DNA of 64,000 bases from Eubacteriales bacterium (GTDB lineage: Bacteria; Bacillota; Clostridia; Oscillospirales; CAG-272). A model generated the notes under the pieces. That model had not been told where the DNA came from. It saw only the letters and a program-made list of their open reading frames with translations, and ran no database searches. Location: positions 3,544 to 67,543 of the forward strand of contig JAZRBV010000014.1 of the NCBI GenBank assembly GCA_045635225.1. Direction: 5' to 3'. Position numbers and translations under genes: made by a program. This document shows, piece by piece, positions 28,754-38,612 of the stretch (positions are counted from its first letter, which is position 1; the number at the start of each line of letters is the position of its first letter).

Positions 28754-29365
28754 TCACTTGTCAATTTGCATAAGCTCGTCGAGCGTCTTATACTTATGCT
28801 TATCCTCTTCGGTGATCTCTCGCATAACTCGGCATGGGACGCCCACGGCAATGACACCTGAGGGGATATCGTGCGTTACTACACTACCGGCTCCTATGAC
28901 CGTACCCGCACCTATGGTGACACCTGCCAGGACGGTGGTGCCGGCACCGATCCACACGTTGTCGCCGACGGTTATCGGAAACGCGACCTCGAGTCCCTCG
29001 TTGCGTTGCTCTACGTCTAGCGCGTGCTCTGCTGTTGTAAAGGTGCAGTTTGGTGCGATGAATACGTAATCGCCGAATGTAACGCGAGCGCCGTCGAGTA
29101 TCTGACAGTTATGGTTAGCGAAGAAATAGTCGCCGACGGTGGTGTTGTAGCCGTAGTCTATCCAAAACGGAGTGTTGATGACGGGACTTTTACCGGTGCT
29201 TTTGAACAGCTTTTTTATTATCCTCGCCTGTGCTCTGCGCCGCGACGGCTTTATGCGGTTGAATTTATGGCAGAGGTCGTTTGCTTTTGCGACGGTCTTC
29301 TGGATATCGGGGTCGTAGTTCGGATTATATAGAACTCCGAGCGCCGCCTTTTCCTTTTCGGTCAT
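28754..29365 (-). CDS. Sugar O-acetyltransferase (maltose/galactoside acetyltransferase family)
   Basis: PFWIDYGYNT, hexapeptide repeats, PITVGDNVWIGAG and GVPCRV. Confidence 0.92.
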   Translation of the reverse strand: MTEKEKAALGVLYNPNYDPDIQKTVAKANDLCHKFNRIKPSRRRAQARIIKKLFKSTGKSPVINTPFWIDYGYNTTVGDYFFANHNCQILDGARVTFGDYVFIAPNCTFTTAEHALDVEQRNEGLEVAFPITVGDNVWIGAGTTVLAGVTIGAGTVIGAGSVVTHDIPSGVIAVGVPCRVMREITEEDKHKYKTLDELMQIDK

Positions 29366-29495
29366 AATGTCTCCTTTTCGCTCTGCTTTTTGTGCGGCAT
29401 TGCGTTTTGTTCTTTTAAGAGTGTTTATTGCTTTTATGAAAATTCAAGCTGTCACAGCTGACGTATATTTCGGGCGGTCATTCTGTGAGGTGTTA

Positions 29496-31634
29496 TCAGT
29501 AGCCGTAATCCTCCGGGAAGAAAATTCCGCTTGATTCGATCACGTAGCCGCCTGCGCGGTAGAGCTCCTTTACCTTGCGGCGCAGTGATGTGTCCTCGGG
29601 CATCTCTTCGATGTTTTCGTTGCCCGGCTTATCAAAGAGGAAGGTAAATACCGCCTTACCGCTTGCCTTAACGGGGAAGCGCATATACTGCGACTGAAAT
29701 GCTACAATGTTCGACTCGGGCTTCAGGAGTGCGGGTAGATCTGCCGACATAAGCCAGGAGGTGCAGACGATGGGCGCGTCCTTGTAGTCGGGGAAGGAGC
29801 GGGCAAGTATCTCGCGAACTTTTCTGTATGCCGCGGCAATGGTCTCGGCAGAGAATTCCTTCGATGCGGGGATATGCACGTTGATTACCTTGTCACACTC
29901 GCCTATCACCTCGCGCCACTCGCTCTTATCGAGCACTACGCGCTCAAGCGTTGATACCGCGCGGTAGGTATCTATCGCGTATCCCTCGACACGTGTCTCA
30001 TTTTCGACGATTTCTGCGTAGATATATTCCTCGCAACCCGCGCTCGCAGCTATCTGTCCTTCCTTAGAGAGCGTCTGATTGTTGACGAGGAGACGGTACT
30101 CACCCGCCGCATTACGGAAGACGCGCACGTATTTCGAGAAGCCCTCACGCATCTCAAAGTTGAGAACTCCTACGCGAAGGATATCGAGCTCTATGTAGTA
30201 GACGTTCCAATTGTAGTACGTCCTTACAATGAAGCCATCTCTGCCACGTCTGCGGTTACATACCAACAGCGTTTCGTAGTATGCCTGTCGCAGAGTTGCT
30301 TTTATGACGTCCTCGGGGACCTTTTTTTCTCTGAGCTCGGTCACTATCCTACCTGCAAATGCAAAGGAGGCGAAGTAGGGCGCCATCTCGTATGTGAGTG
30401 CATCGCGCTCGGGTACATTCGTGAGGTCGGGGAGGGTCGGATGCTTGCCTTTCGGTGCTCGGTCGATCATTTTCTTCGCTATGAGTGAGTAGAGAGCTGC
30501 GGTCTCGTTTTCACGCACGAGGCGTTGCGACTCACGTATAAAGTCGAACTTCTCGCCGAAAATGTCAAACTCACGCTCGATCTCATTGAGATAGCTTTCC
30601 TCGAGATAGGGCGCACCATGTGTCTCAAATTCGACTACCGTCTCGAGAAAATCCGTACTGAAATCCTCCGGCATCTCCTGACCTCCGAGCGCTTCTATAA
30701 GCTCCTCGGGAGAGTTGAAAATATGTCCTTTGTTGTAGGGATATTCGTGTCTGTTTTCGCTTATCACTTTTATTTCCTCCATATCTATAATTGTAGTTTC
30801 GCTGTGATGGTAACAGTCGCACTCGCTATGGCGAAGATACCAATTGTCGCCGCTCGGGCGACGAGTCATTCTTCTGTCATTCAGAAAATCGTACTCGCAC
30901 ATCGAATAGAGTACTATTCTCGGGTTGACCGTTCTGTAAAATTCCTCGCTCCGCTTCATATACTCGGGTGGGTCGTTTGAAAAGCCGTGATGTGCGACCC
31001 ATACGACGTCACATCTTATCTCCTCTGCCGTCATTGCCGTCTTATATTCATCGTCGAGAAGGAGTGTCATACGCCGCGGCGAAATGTCGCCGAGTGCCAG
31101 GAAGGTGGTACCCGTGTCAAATTTAAAGCGCAGAGCCGCGCTTATTTCGTTCTGATTTTCGGGTCCCTGCGGATGCTTATCCGACTCGGTGAGCAGTACT
31201 CTCGCTATAACGCCGGGATACTCGATCACATCGCCCGTAGCGAGCAGCTGACGCTCTGCCTCAGGGTGTGCGTCCATCGCCTCCCACCACAGCCTTTCCT
31301 GCTCCCGTGAGCGCACCGCATCGGTGTGGCCGGGGTGATTGTAGCGGAATGATCTGACCGTTATTCTGTTTTTATACTCTATGAGAAACCGTGCCGCAAG
31401 GTCTACGTGGTCGGAGTGAAAGTGCGTGATGATCCAATCGGCAATCACGGGGCGTTCCCCCTCGGAGAGCCCGTCTGTGAGGTGGCGCCACAGTTCCGCG
31501 ACGTTGTAGTCGTAATCATCTCCGGCGAGTCCTCCGTCGAGTAGGATGAAGCTACCGTCGAATAGCTTTATTGCGTATGATGAGCCACCGTCAACGAGCG
31601 AGAGCTGTGCGACGGTGGGTATTGTTTTTTTCAT
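29496..31634 (-). CDS. Fusion of a ComEC-like metallo-beta-lactamase fold and a GNAT-like acyltransferase domain
   Basis: N-terminal THFHSDH, LGD and AHHG motifs. C-terminal NVHIP, CTSWLM and SNIVAFQ motifs. Start at ATG 31634. Confidence 0.72.
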   Translation of the reverse strand: MKKTIPTVAQLSLVDGGSSYAIKLFDGSFILLDGGLAGDDYDYNVAELWRHLTDGLSEGERPVIADWIITHFHSDHVDLAARFLIEYKNRITVRSFRYNHPGHTDAVRSREQERLWWEAMDAHPEAERQLLATGDVIEYPGVIARVLLTESDKHPQGPENQNEISAALRFKFDTGTTFLALGDISPRRMTLLLDDEYKTAMTAEEIRCDVVWVAHHGFSNDPPEYMKRSEEFYRTVNPRIVLYSMCEYDFLNDRRMTRRPSGDNWYLRHSECDCYHHSETTIIDMEEIKVISENRHEYPYNKGHIFNSPEELIEALGGQEMPEDFSTDFLETVVEFETHGAPYLEESYLNEIEREFDIFGEKFDFIRESQRLVRENETAALYSLIAKKMIDRAPKGKHPTLPDLTNVPERDALTYEMAPYFASFAFAGRIVTELREKKVPEDVIKATLRQAYYETLLVCNRRRGRDGFIVRTYYNWNVYYIELDILRVGVLNFEMREGFSKYVRVFRNAAGEYRLLVNNQTLSKEGQIAASAGCEEYIYAEIVENETRVEGYAIDTYRAVSTLERVVLDKSEWREVIGECDKVINVHIPASKEFSAETIAAAYRKVREILARSFPDYKDAPIVCTSWLMSADLPALLKPESNIVAFQSQYMRFPVKASGKAVFTFLFDKPGNENIEEMPEDTSLRRKVKELYRAGGYVIESSGIFFPEDYGY

Positions 31635-31686
31635 TATGCTGTATGCTTCCTTTATTCCGAGATGTCGGTGTATCTTAGTGTGTGCT

Positions 31687-32457
31687 TTACCTTTTATATT
31701 CGGTATTGACGGTGCGTCTGTACTCACCCGGCGTCATTCCGACGATGCGCTTGAAGACGCGAGAGAAGTAGTTGTAGTCGGAGAAGCCGCAGGTCTCGGC
31801 GATCTCTGTCAGCGTCTGCCTGCGCATTATGATCAGCCTCTTCGCGAGCTCGATCTTCTCGCCCACCACGTACTCGGTGATGGTCATACCTGTCTCGCGC
31901 TTGAAGAGCGTGCAAACGTAGCGTGGCACGAGATGCACCTCTGACGCGATCTCGTCGAGAGATACGTCCTCGCATATGTGCTTGAGGACGTATTTTTTTA
32001 TTTTCTTGATATGCTCGTTCTCGCGGTCGACCGAGTGGTCGAGCAGCTGGTGATAGAGATACAGGAAGATCGCCACGATACGCTCCTGCCTGTTATGCGA
32101 AACCGAGCGTACCGATTTGTCTGCCGACTCGAGCATAAGCACGGTGTCGCTTCTTACCGCGTTATTTATCACGCCGGAGAGCCTCGCCTCCACCTCGCCG
32201 TCCATCATAATATTAAAGCTCGCGTAGTAGACCTTCTCGGTGTGCCAGGGTCTGTACCTGGTGTGCCCCTGCGGTATGACTATCGCGTCGCCGGAGGTGA
32301 GGGTCAGCTCCTTTCCGTCGAGAAAATAGGTCATCTGTCCGTCTATAACGTAGGTGAGCTCGAGATATGAGAGCGTCGCCGAGCGTATCTCATCCGGCAC
32401 GTCATAGGTGTGATACGCGTAGCCGATGAAGCGCGCCGCACTGAATATCGAATCCAT
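31687..32457 (-). CDS. AraC family transcriptional regulator
   Basis: N-terminal cupin and a C-terminal double HTH (IAETCGFSDYNYFSRVFKRIVGMTPGEYR). Confidence 0.93.
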   Translation of the reverse strand: MDSIFSAARFIGYAYHTYDVPDEIRSATLSYLELTYVIDGQMTYFLDGKELTLTSGDAIVIPQGHTRYRPWHTEKVYYASFNIMMDGEVEARLSGVINNAVRSDTVLMLESADKSVRSVSHNRQERIVAIFLYLYHQLLDHSVDRENEHIKKIKKYVLKHICEDVSLDEIASEVHLVPRYVCTLFKRETGMTITEYVVGEKIELAKRLIIMRRQTLTEIAETCGFSDYNYFSRVFKRIVGMTPGEYRRTVNTEYKR

Positions 32458-32707
32458 ATGATCCCTCCGTTTCTCCGTTATAAGGCTAGTATAGCAGAGC
32501 CTATCCGAAATTGCAAGCGTTTTTTTCAAAAAAGTAAACCGAGTGTGATAAAATTACACCCGACGGGTGATCGGTCGGAGGAGAATAAAAACAAAAGTGA
32601 ATTTTGTGCTAATTTACGACCGAAAGACGTGAATATTACACTTTAATTTTGATGGCTGTTTAAGTATAATAATACTATGATAACTTCTTTTGAAAGGTAG
32701 ATCTGAA

Positions 32708-33463
32708 ATGAAATACGGTGTAGCAGATTACGGCATGTTCGTCTGGTACGGCGGTCACTACGATTACGAGTGGCGTATTGACGAGATAAGAAAGATAGGC
32801 TTTGACGGTCTCGAGAGACTTTACCCCTCAAGTGCTGAGGACGCGCTTCGTAAGGCGGCGTATCTCAAGGGGCAGGGAATGGCGTTTGCCACCTGTAACG
32901 TGCAGGGAAATCCCGAGCTTTCTATCAAGTGGAGCGGAGCACTCGGCGCGGAGTACGTCTGGGCAGAGGTCCAGGGCGGTAAGACGATGGAGGACTATCT
33001 CAGACAGGTGTCCTATCAGGCGGAGTTTGCCGCGCGCTACGGAGTGAAGGTCGCGGTGCACAATCACCTCGGACTTCGTATCGAGAAGCAGGAGGAGATC
33101 GAGCTTCTGCTCGATAGCTGTCCAAACGTGCATCTTCTCTTTGACGTCGGTCATCTCGCGGCGGCGGGCGGCGACGTAAGATATATTGCCGATAAGTACT
33201 ACGACAGGATCGTCGCATATCACCTCAAGGGCTGGCAGACGAGTGCTACTCCCGATGCGGCACAGTGGTGGGATCGCGGTCACTTCTGCGGTCTCGGTCA
33301 GGGCGATTTCTTCGTCGATAACGAGTACGTTTTCAAGAATGCGGTGCGCCGCGGTTATAACGGCTGGATGTTTATCGAGCACGATACGCACAAGCGCGAT
33401 CCTCTCGTCGATATCAAGGAGAGCTTTGATATCATGAAGCGCTGGGAAAGTGAAGCGAAATAA
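32708..33463 (+). CDS. Sugar phosphate isomerase/epimerase (xylose isomerase-like TIM barrel)
   Basis: VAVHNH, LLFDVGH, YHLKG and FIEHD metal motifs. Confidence 0.85.
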   Translation: MKYGVADYGMFVWYGGHYDYEWRIDEIRKIGFDGLERLYPSSAEDALRKAAYLKGQGMAFATCNVQGNPELSIKWSGALGAEYVWAEVQGGKTMEDYLRQVSYQAEFAARYGVKVAVHNHLGLRIEKQEEIELLLDSCPNVHLLFDVGHLAAAGGDVRYIADKYYDRIVAYHLKGWQTSATPDAAQWWDRGHFCGLGQGDFFVDNEYVFKNAVRRGYNGWMFIEHDTHKRDPLVDIKESFDIMKRWESEAK

Positions 33464-33530
33464 AATCGAGGCTAAAACGCATCATTTGACAATAATTGTT
33501 TACATATAATAACGATTTAGGAGAAATACA

Positions 33531-34577
33531 ATGAATAAGAAGCCGATAAAATTAGGTATAATCGGAATAGGACGCGCGGGCTGGGGAATGCACCTCAAGG
33601 AGCTTGAGGGCAAGGAGGATATGTTCGAGATCGTAGCGGTCTGCGACGTCGAGGCTGACAGACGCGATCAGGCTCGCGAGCGGTTCGGATGTAAGGTGTA
33701 CGAGAGAGTCGAGGACATAGTTTTCGATCCCGACGTTGAGGTGATCGACATTGCGACGCGCTCCTGCGACCATTATAAGCACGCAAAAACAGCACTCGAT
33801 GCAGGCAAGACCGTATTCCTTGAAAAGCCGATGTGCGAGACCTATGCCGAGGCAAAACAGCTCATGGAGCTCGGTGAGAAATACGGAGAGAGACGCCTCT
33901 TTATCCGTCACAACCGCCGCTTCGAGCCGGGATTCGTTCAGGTGAACAAGATCATCGACTCGGGAATTCTCGGCGACGTTTATTACGTGAAGCGCGCGGT
34001 AGGAAACTTCGATATTCGCGCCGATTGGCAGACTCTCAGTCAGTACGGCGGCGGTCAGCTTCTTAACTGGGGACCTCATCTTGTTGACCAGGCACTCCGC
34101 TTCTCGGGTGGCGATTACGTTAAGATGTTCGCAGATATCCGACAGATCGCGGCGGCGGGAGATTGCGAGGACGTTGTGCACGCGAGCTTTGTCGGTGTGA
34201 ACGGCAGAATGGTCGAGATAGAGATCAGCGGAGGCTCGGCAATTGCGCCTCCCACCTATACCGTATACGGTACACGCGGCGCGCTCATCGATCGCGGCGA
34301 CGGCAAGTTTGAGATCAAATACGTGCGAGAGGACTACACTCTCCCCACTCCCACCGCAGACGTGAAGACACCCGTTATGGGCGCAAACTTCGGCGGCAAG
34401 GAAACGATCCCCTTCGTCACCGAGACGAGAGATTGGGACGACTATAAGCTCGATCAGACCTGGGTCTACCTCTACGAGGCACTTCGCTTGGGTAAGGATT
34501 ACCCGATCAAGAGCTCCGAGGCTCTGAAGGTCGTAGAGACTATCGAAGAGATCAAAAAAACGGGTAAAAACGTATAA
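33531..34577 (+). CDS. Gfo/Idh/MocA family oxidoreductase
   Basis: GIIGIGRAG Rossmann motif, EKP, HNRRF and GGGQLLNWGPH. Confidence 0.92.
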   Translation: MNKKPIKLGIIGIGRAGWGMHLKELEGKEDMFEIVAVCDVEADRRDQARERFGCKVYERVEDIVFDPDVEVIDIATRSCDHYKHAKTALDAGKTVFLEKPMCETYAEAKQLMELGEKYGERRLFIRHNRRFEPGFVQVNKIIDSGILGDVYYVKRAVGNFDIRADWQTLSQYGGGQLLNWGPHLVDQALRFSGGDYVKMFADIRQIAAAGDCEDVVHASFVGVNGRMVEIEISGGSAIAPPTYTVYGTRGALIDRGDGKFEIKYVREDYTLPTPTADVKTPVMGANFGGKETIPFVTETRDWDDYKLDQTWVYLYEALRLGKDYPIKSSEALKVVETIEEIKKTGKNV

Positions 34578-34616
34578 AGAAATACTATACTGTAGGCAAT
34601 TTCGCATTTAATAAAG

Positions 34617-34650
34617 GGGGTGTCTCAAATGAAAAATTTGAGACACCCCA
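34617..34650 (+). terminator. Intrinsic terminator
   Basis: gggtgtctcaaat / atttgagacaccc stem. Confidence 0.65.
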
Positions 34651-34886
34651 AAAAGTTTGATAAGGGGATAGTCAGATTTGAGGAAAAAGCGTCGCTTTTC
34701 GTGGCGTGAGGCGTACAAAAGTACGTCGAGCCGCGAAAACGGCGGTAGAAAAAGTCCATCAAAATCGAAGAAATCCGCAGGATTTCATCATTTCATTGTC
34801 TCATTTACGGTTTTTGCCGTTTTTCGAGACTTTTCATTGTCATTTCGGACTTTTTCGGTTTTACCAAATGTGACAGCCCCTTCTGA

Positions 34887-35117
34887 TTATTCTGTACTCT
34901 TGATCCGCGCGATACATGCGGCACATATGCGCTCGCTTTCCGTGAGAAGCTTCTCCTCACACAGTATGCATCGACGCTGGGTGGGAGATAATACGATCTT
35001 CGTGTCTACAAGCGATACCGTAAGCTTGTCGTTATCCTTTATGCCGAGCTTATTTCTGTATTGCTTCGGTATGACGATTCTGCCCAATTTATCCACTTCT
35101 TTTTCTATTCCGCTCAT
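34887..35117 (-). CDS. AbrB/MazE/SpoVT family DNA-binding protein
   Basis: VDKLGRIVIPKQYRNKLGI plus C-terminal CILC/CAAC as in clostridial AbrB. RBS gaggt. Confidence 0.88.
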   Translation of the reverse strand: MSGIEKEVDKLGRIVIPKQYRNKLGIKDNDKLTVSLVDTKIVLSPTQRRCILCEEKLLTESERICAACIARIKSTE

Positions 35118-35225
35118 TTTTTGCACCTCAAGCGTTATTTTATCATCAATATGATAACACTTTGTTTGTATAAAGTCAAGCTATTTTTCTGTATAATGTT
35201 ATCAAAATGTTTTTGAGGTGTTATC

Positions 35226-35417
35226 TTGGCTACTAACAAAATTCAGACGGGCATCAGGTTTGAGCCCGAGCTTCTCTACAAAATAACTCAGGTTGCTAAG
35301 AAAAATAAGCGTTCGCTTAATGCACAGCTTGAGTATCTTGCCGAGATGTGCGTCCGTGAGTACGAGCGTGAAAATGGCGAGATTGAGCTCGATGAGTGCG
35401 AGATGTACAGCAAGTAA
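35226..35417 (+). CDS. Arc family ribbon-helix-helix protein
   Basis: TGIRF...KITQVAKKNKRSLNAQLEYL pattern, with RBS gaggtg and a TTG start. Confidence 0.78.
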   Translation: MATNKIQTGIRFEPELLYKITQVAKKNKRSLNAQLEYLAEMCVREYERENGEIELDECEMYSK

Positions 35418-35516
35418 TCTATAAAAAACAAAAACAGCACTTATTTTACACGGCACAGATTTAGGTGCCTACGTACTGTAAGTGCTGTTTTAATATCATT
35501 TTGTAAACTAAAGATG

Positions 35517-36080
35517 TCAAATTGTGGGAAAATTTAGTATTGTGTTGGTTATACCGTAGATTGACGTTATGGCGAATGGTACCAGCATTGTGAGTGCCAG
35601 AACATTGATGACCCTGCCCGATATCCGGGGCCGCAGCAGATCGTACATCCGACATCCGATATACGCGCCGAGGCAATTCATAAATATATCGGTAAAATCA
35701 AAGCCGCCAAAGCCCGAGAGCATCTGGAAGATCTCAACGCCGAATATTACGATCAAGGTGCTCCATATTACCGTCCTCGTATCGGTGAAGAAGCGGTAGA
35801 GCATACCGTAGGGGATGAAGCAGAGGACGTTCGCAAAGAAGGCAATGATGCCGACAACGCTTCCTCCGCGGAAAACTACGTATGCGCTGTGAAAGGGAAT
35901 GATGCGGTAGGTAAAGCGTTTCCATATCGACCAGCTCTGATTTCGGATCAGATTCAGCTGATCTGTTCTGTTACATTTGAAGATGATCGCCCACGCGATG
36001 ACGATGCACACCGTGACAAAGAGTGCTGCTATCAGTCCGCGCGCGACCTCTGCGTCCTTTTTAAATGCTTTCAGCTTCAT
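35517..36080 (-). CDS. VanZ family membrane protein
   Basis: ANVLCFIPYG, VEIFQ and FDFTDIFMNCLGAYIG motifs. Confidence 0.82.
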   Translation of the reverse strand: MKLKAFKKDAEVARGLIAALFVTVCIVIAWAIIFKCNRTDQLNLIRNQSWSIWKRFTYRIIPFHSAYVVFRGGSVVGIIAFFANVLCFIPYGMLYRFFTDTRTVIWSTLIVIFGVEIFQMLSGFGGFDFTDIFMNCLGAYIGCRMYDLLRPRISGRVINVLALTMLVPFAITSIYGITNTILNFPTI

Positions 36081-36102
36081 ATATTCATTTCCTCTACGCG
36101 AT

Positions 36103-36525
36103 TTATTGACCTGCACAGCGGCGCTCGAGCTCCGCGATGAATTCGTCGTTGTCGGTGACACTCACTACAGTGAGGTCAAATTTGTTGTACTTTATCACGA
36201 CGTGCTCAAAGGCGTTTTTCAACGTCAGCATCGAGTCGGAGTGGAATTTTCTCAGCTTCACGGTACCGCGTATCGAGGAATAGGGAAACTCGCGCTTAAG
36301 TATAAATCCGTACTGCACGAAAAGCGAGTCCGAGCGCAGCTCGACGTAGCCGAAAAGCGGAGAGATGAGGAAATACAGCACCAAAAGATCCGTTGGTACT
36401 ATGGCAAACAGTGAGATCGGAGCAAACACTGCTACTACGGTCATCGCCGCGCAGATCGCGAGTGACGGCACCGCAATAAGAAAATACAGCTTATCTATTT
36501 TCGGTGAAAATCTTTTTGACGGCAT
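36103..36525 (-). CDS. Small membrane protein with a bacterial PH-like domain
   Basis: Two TM helices followed by a beta-rich region (LFVQYGFILKREFPYSSI). RBS aaggaga. Confidence 0.6.
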   Translation of the reverse strand: MPSKRFSPKIDKLYFLIAVPSLAICAAMTVVAVFAPISLFAIVPTDLLVLYFLISPLFGYVELRSDSLFVQYGFILKREFPYSSIRGTVKLRKFHSDSMLTLKNAFEHVVIKYNKFDLTVVSVTDNDEFIAELERRCAGQ

Positions 36526-36541
36526 AATTTCTCCTTCGCCG

Positions 36542-36964
36542 TTATTGGCTTTTGCCGCAATACGCACAGAATGTTGAGTCGGCATCGATGGATTTTCCAC
36601 AATGCTTGCAGAATTTACTCTCTCGCTTACCGTTAGCGACGGCATTTGCGGTGATTTGAACGGCTTCGCTGATAATTTCAGCGGTTGAGGTAGCGATAGC
36701 CGTCATATCCTCTTTGTTTTCTTCATGGATGTAACGAACGGTGCGCGCTCTCATTTTCGCGATCTCGGGTCCGAAGCCTATAAAAATACCGCTGAAGCTA
36801 GCGATCATACCGAACACGGCGAGAAACGTACCGATCATAAAGTCGTTGCTCTCGAAATCACCAAATCCCGAAACGGCGAGTATCACGCCGACAATACAAA
36901 GAGCGACTCCAAGAGCGCCGACTATTTTAAATATTAGCAGATAGCGAGGTTTTGAACGGTTCAT
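36542..36964 (-). CDS. Membrane protein with a C-terminal zinc ribbon
   Basis: Two TM helices and FCKHCGKSIDADSTFCAYCG. Confidence 0.8.
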   Translation of the reverse strand: MNRSKPRYLLIFKIVGALGVALCIVGVILAVSGFGDFESNDFMIGTFLAVFGMIASFSGIFIGFGPEIAKMRARTVRYIHEENKEDMTAIATSTAEIISEAVQITANAVANGKRESKFCKHCGKSIDADSTFCAYCGKSQ

Positions 36965-36978
36965 ACGCTTTTTCCAAT

Positions 36979-37638
36979 CTATATTCTTTTTAGTAAAATA
37001 TCAATATAAAAATCAAACATATTTGCGGTATTCATAACCGCGCGGTATACCAATATTCCGAGGAATATTATCATGACGGATGAGACGGTGACGAGTGCCT
37101 TGATCCTTTTTGGCGAGTTCTTATATATCAGTCGGTAAACAAGGTAGCCTATCAGAGCACCCACGGTGTTGGTGACCAGATCTACCGCGGAAAAAGCTCC
37201 TATGTTTGATATCAGCTGCAACAGCTCAAAGCCAAAGCTCAGAAGTACGGACGGTATGACCGTGTTGAGAAACTTACACCTTTTCGCAAAATAGGATGTA
37301 TATATGCCAAACGGTATAAAAACGATCACGTTCAGTATATCCTGTCGAGCATCAAAAGGATCTGTTTTCCATATGTCAGACTTGAAAATTACAGCGAAGC
37401 TCTCCTTCACAAACTGCAACTTTTCTCTGAGAGTCATAGCGCCAAAAAAGTAATAAGTGTCGGTAATTGTAACCTTTAGATTACATTTTAGCGAAATTAC
37501 CCATACTAAAAGCGAGAGATACAGAGCAAATAAAATAACACTCAAAATGTAAAGCGTGTGGGTCGGCGTGCAGTTCTTGCATTTAATTTTAGAAATCATT
37601 TGCGCCTTTGCTTCATCCGTTGGGATGACACCTTCCAT
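36979..37638 (-). CDS. VanZ family membrane protein
   Basis: LNVIVFIPFG, FELLQ and DLVTNTVGALIG motifs. Confidence 0.82.
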   Translation of the reverse strand: MEGVIPTDEAKAQMISKIKCKNCTPTHTLYILSVILFALYLSLLVWVISLKCNLKVTITDTYYFFGAMTLREKLQFVKESFAVIFKSDIWKTDPFDARQDILNVIVFIPFGIYTSYFAKRCKFLNTVIPSVLLSFGFELLQLISNIGAFSAVDLVTNTVGALIGYLVYRLIYKNSPKRIKALVTVSSVMIIFLGILVYRAVMNTANMFDFYIDILLKRI

Positions 37639-37791
37639 TTATAAATAGTATTACGTATAACACGGTTGAACGTATGCCGTGACGGAAAACGTTTTGCCCG
37701 ATAGCCGATAGCTTTCCATTGCCCGACTGTTTTTCCGGTAGTAAACGATGCGCGTTAATTGTGGGAGCTTGCGTGGCAAACGTCCCCGACA

Positions 37792-38309
37792 CCAGACAAC
37801 CCCTCACAAAAGTGGGTGGGAGCGCTGAGGTGCCCTAATAAAACCAAAGCCCCGGAGGATAAGCGTGATGTCCTAAACGGACAAATCACGCTAAGTTATG
37901 ATTGCCCCTGCGGGCAAGCTATGAGTTATGAAATGCTACGCATTGTTATGATTGGCTTCGCCAAGTTTAAAAATTGATAGGCAATCATATCATAACGTTC
38001 GCGTAGCAAACTCATAACGGCGAGCAAGGCGAGCCTCATAACTCTAAACTAAAACCAACAAAAAAGAGCAGACATACAAGAATTACAAAATCGGGGTTGT
38101 CTGGAGCCACCCGGGTATTCACCGATGGTGAATATACCCACAACCTACGCCTGAAGAGCGAGCTCTTCGATCTGCGGTTGGGGAATGCGAACCGGACTTC
38201 GCTTGCGCGAAGCTCGATGCGAAGCGAGAGCAGCAGCCCCAGACAACCCCTCACTAAAGTGTGTGGGAGCGCTGAGGTGCCCTAATAAAACCAAAGCCCC
38301 GGAGGATAA
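37792..38309. repeat. 71-bp direct repeat (37792-37862 and 38239-38309) downstream of tRNA-Thr
   Basis: ccagacaacccctcac...ccccggaggataa, 69 of 71 bp identical by hand alignment. Confidence 0.9.
37895..38042. repeat. Head-to-head mini-array: GTTATGA copies then TCATAAC copies with hairpin spacers
   Basis: GTTATGA at 37895, 37925 and 37945 (variant at 37918). TCATAAC at 37990, 38012 and 38036. Confidence 0.85.
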
Positions 38310-38323
38310 CCTCCGGGGTTGTC

Positions 38324-38399
38324 TGGAGCTGCTACCCGGATTCGGACCGGGGACCTCATCCTTACCAAGGATGTGCTCTACCAGCTGAGCCATAGCAGC
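38324..38399 (-). tRNA. tRNA-Thr(GGT)
   Basis: 76-nt cloverleaf GCTGCTATGGCTCAGCTGGTAGAGCACATCCTTGGTAAGGATGAGGTCCCCGGTCCGAATCCGGGTAGCAGCTCCA with encoded CCA. Confidence 0.96.
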
Positions 38400-38612
38400 A
38401 TTTACCACGAAGATGTTTCCCCGTGACGCAGTACATTATAGCAAAATTTTATGCGTTTGTCAATATGTTTTTTTGCTTTTTTTCTTAAATTTTTAACTCT
38501 TTTTGAAAAAAATCGAATAATAGGGAATTTTTTATTTAGTATTTTTTATTTGTTCATCAGTTGTTTATGATTTATTCATATTTATTTGCTACAATATATT
38601 AGTCGCAAATAC

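Noticed and set aside
35517-37638. Glycopeptide resistance cluster
   Set aside because: VanZ-family genes are widespread on their own, and no vanHAX or vanRS is present.
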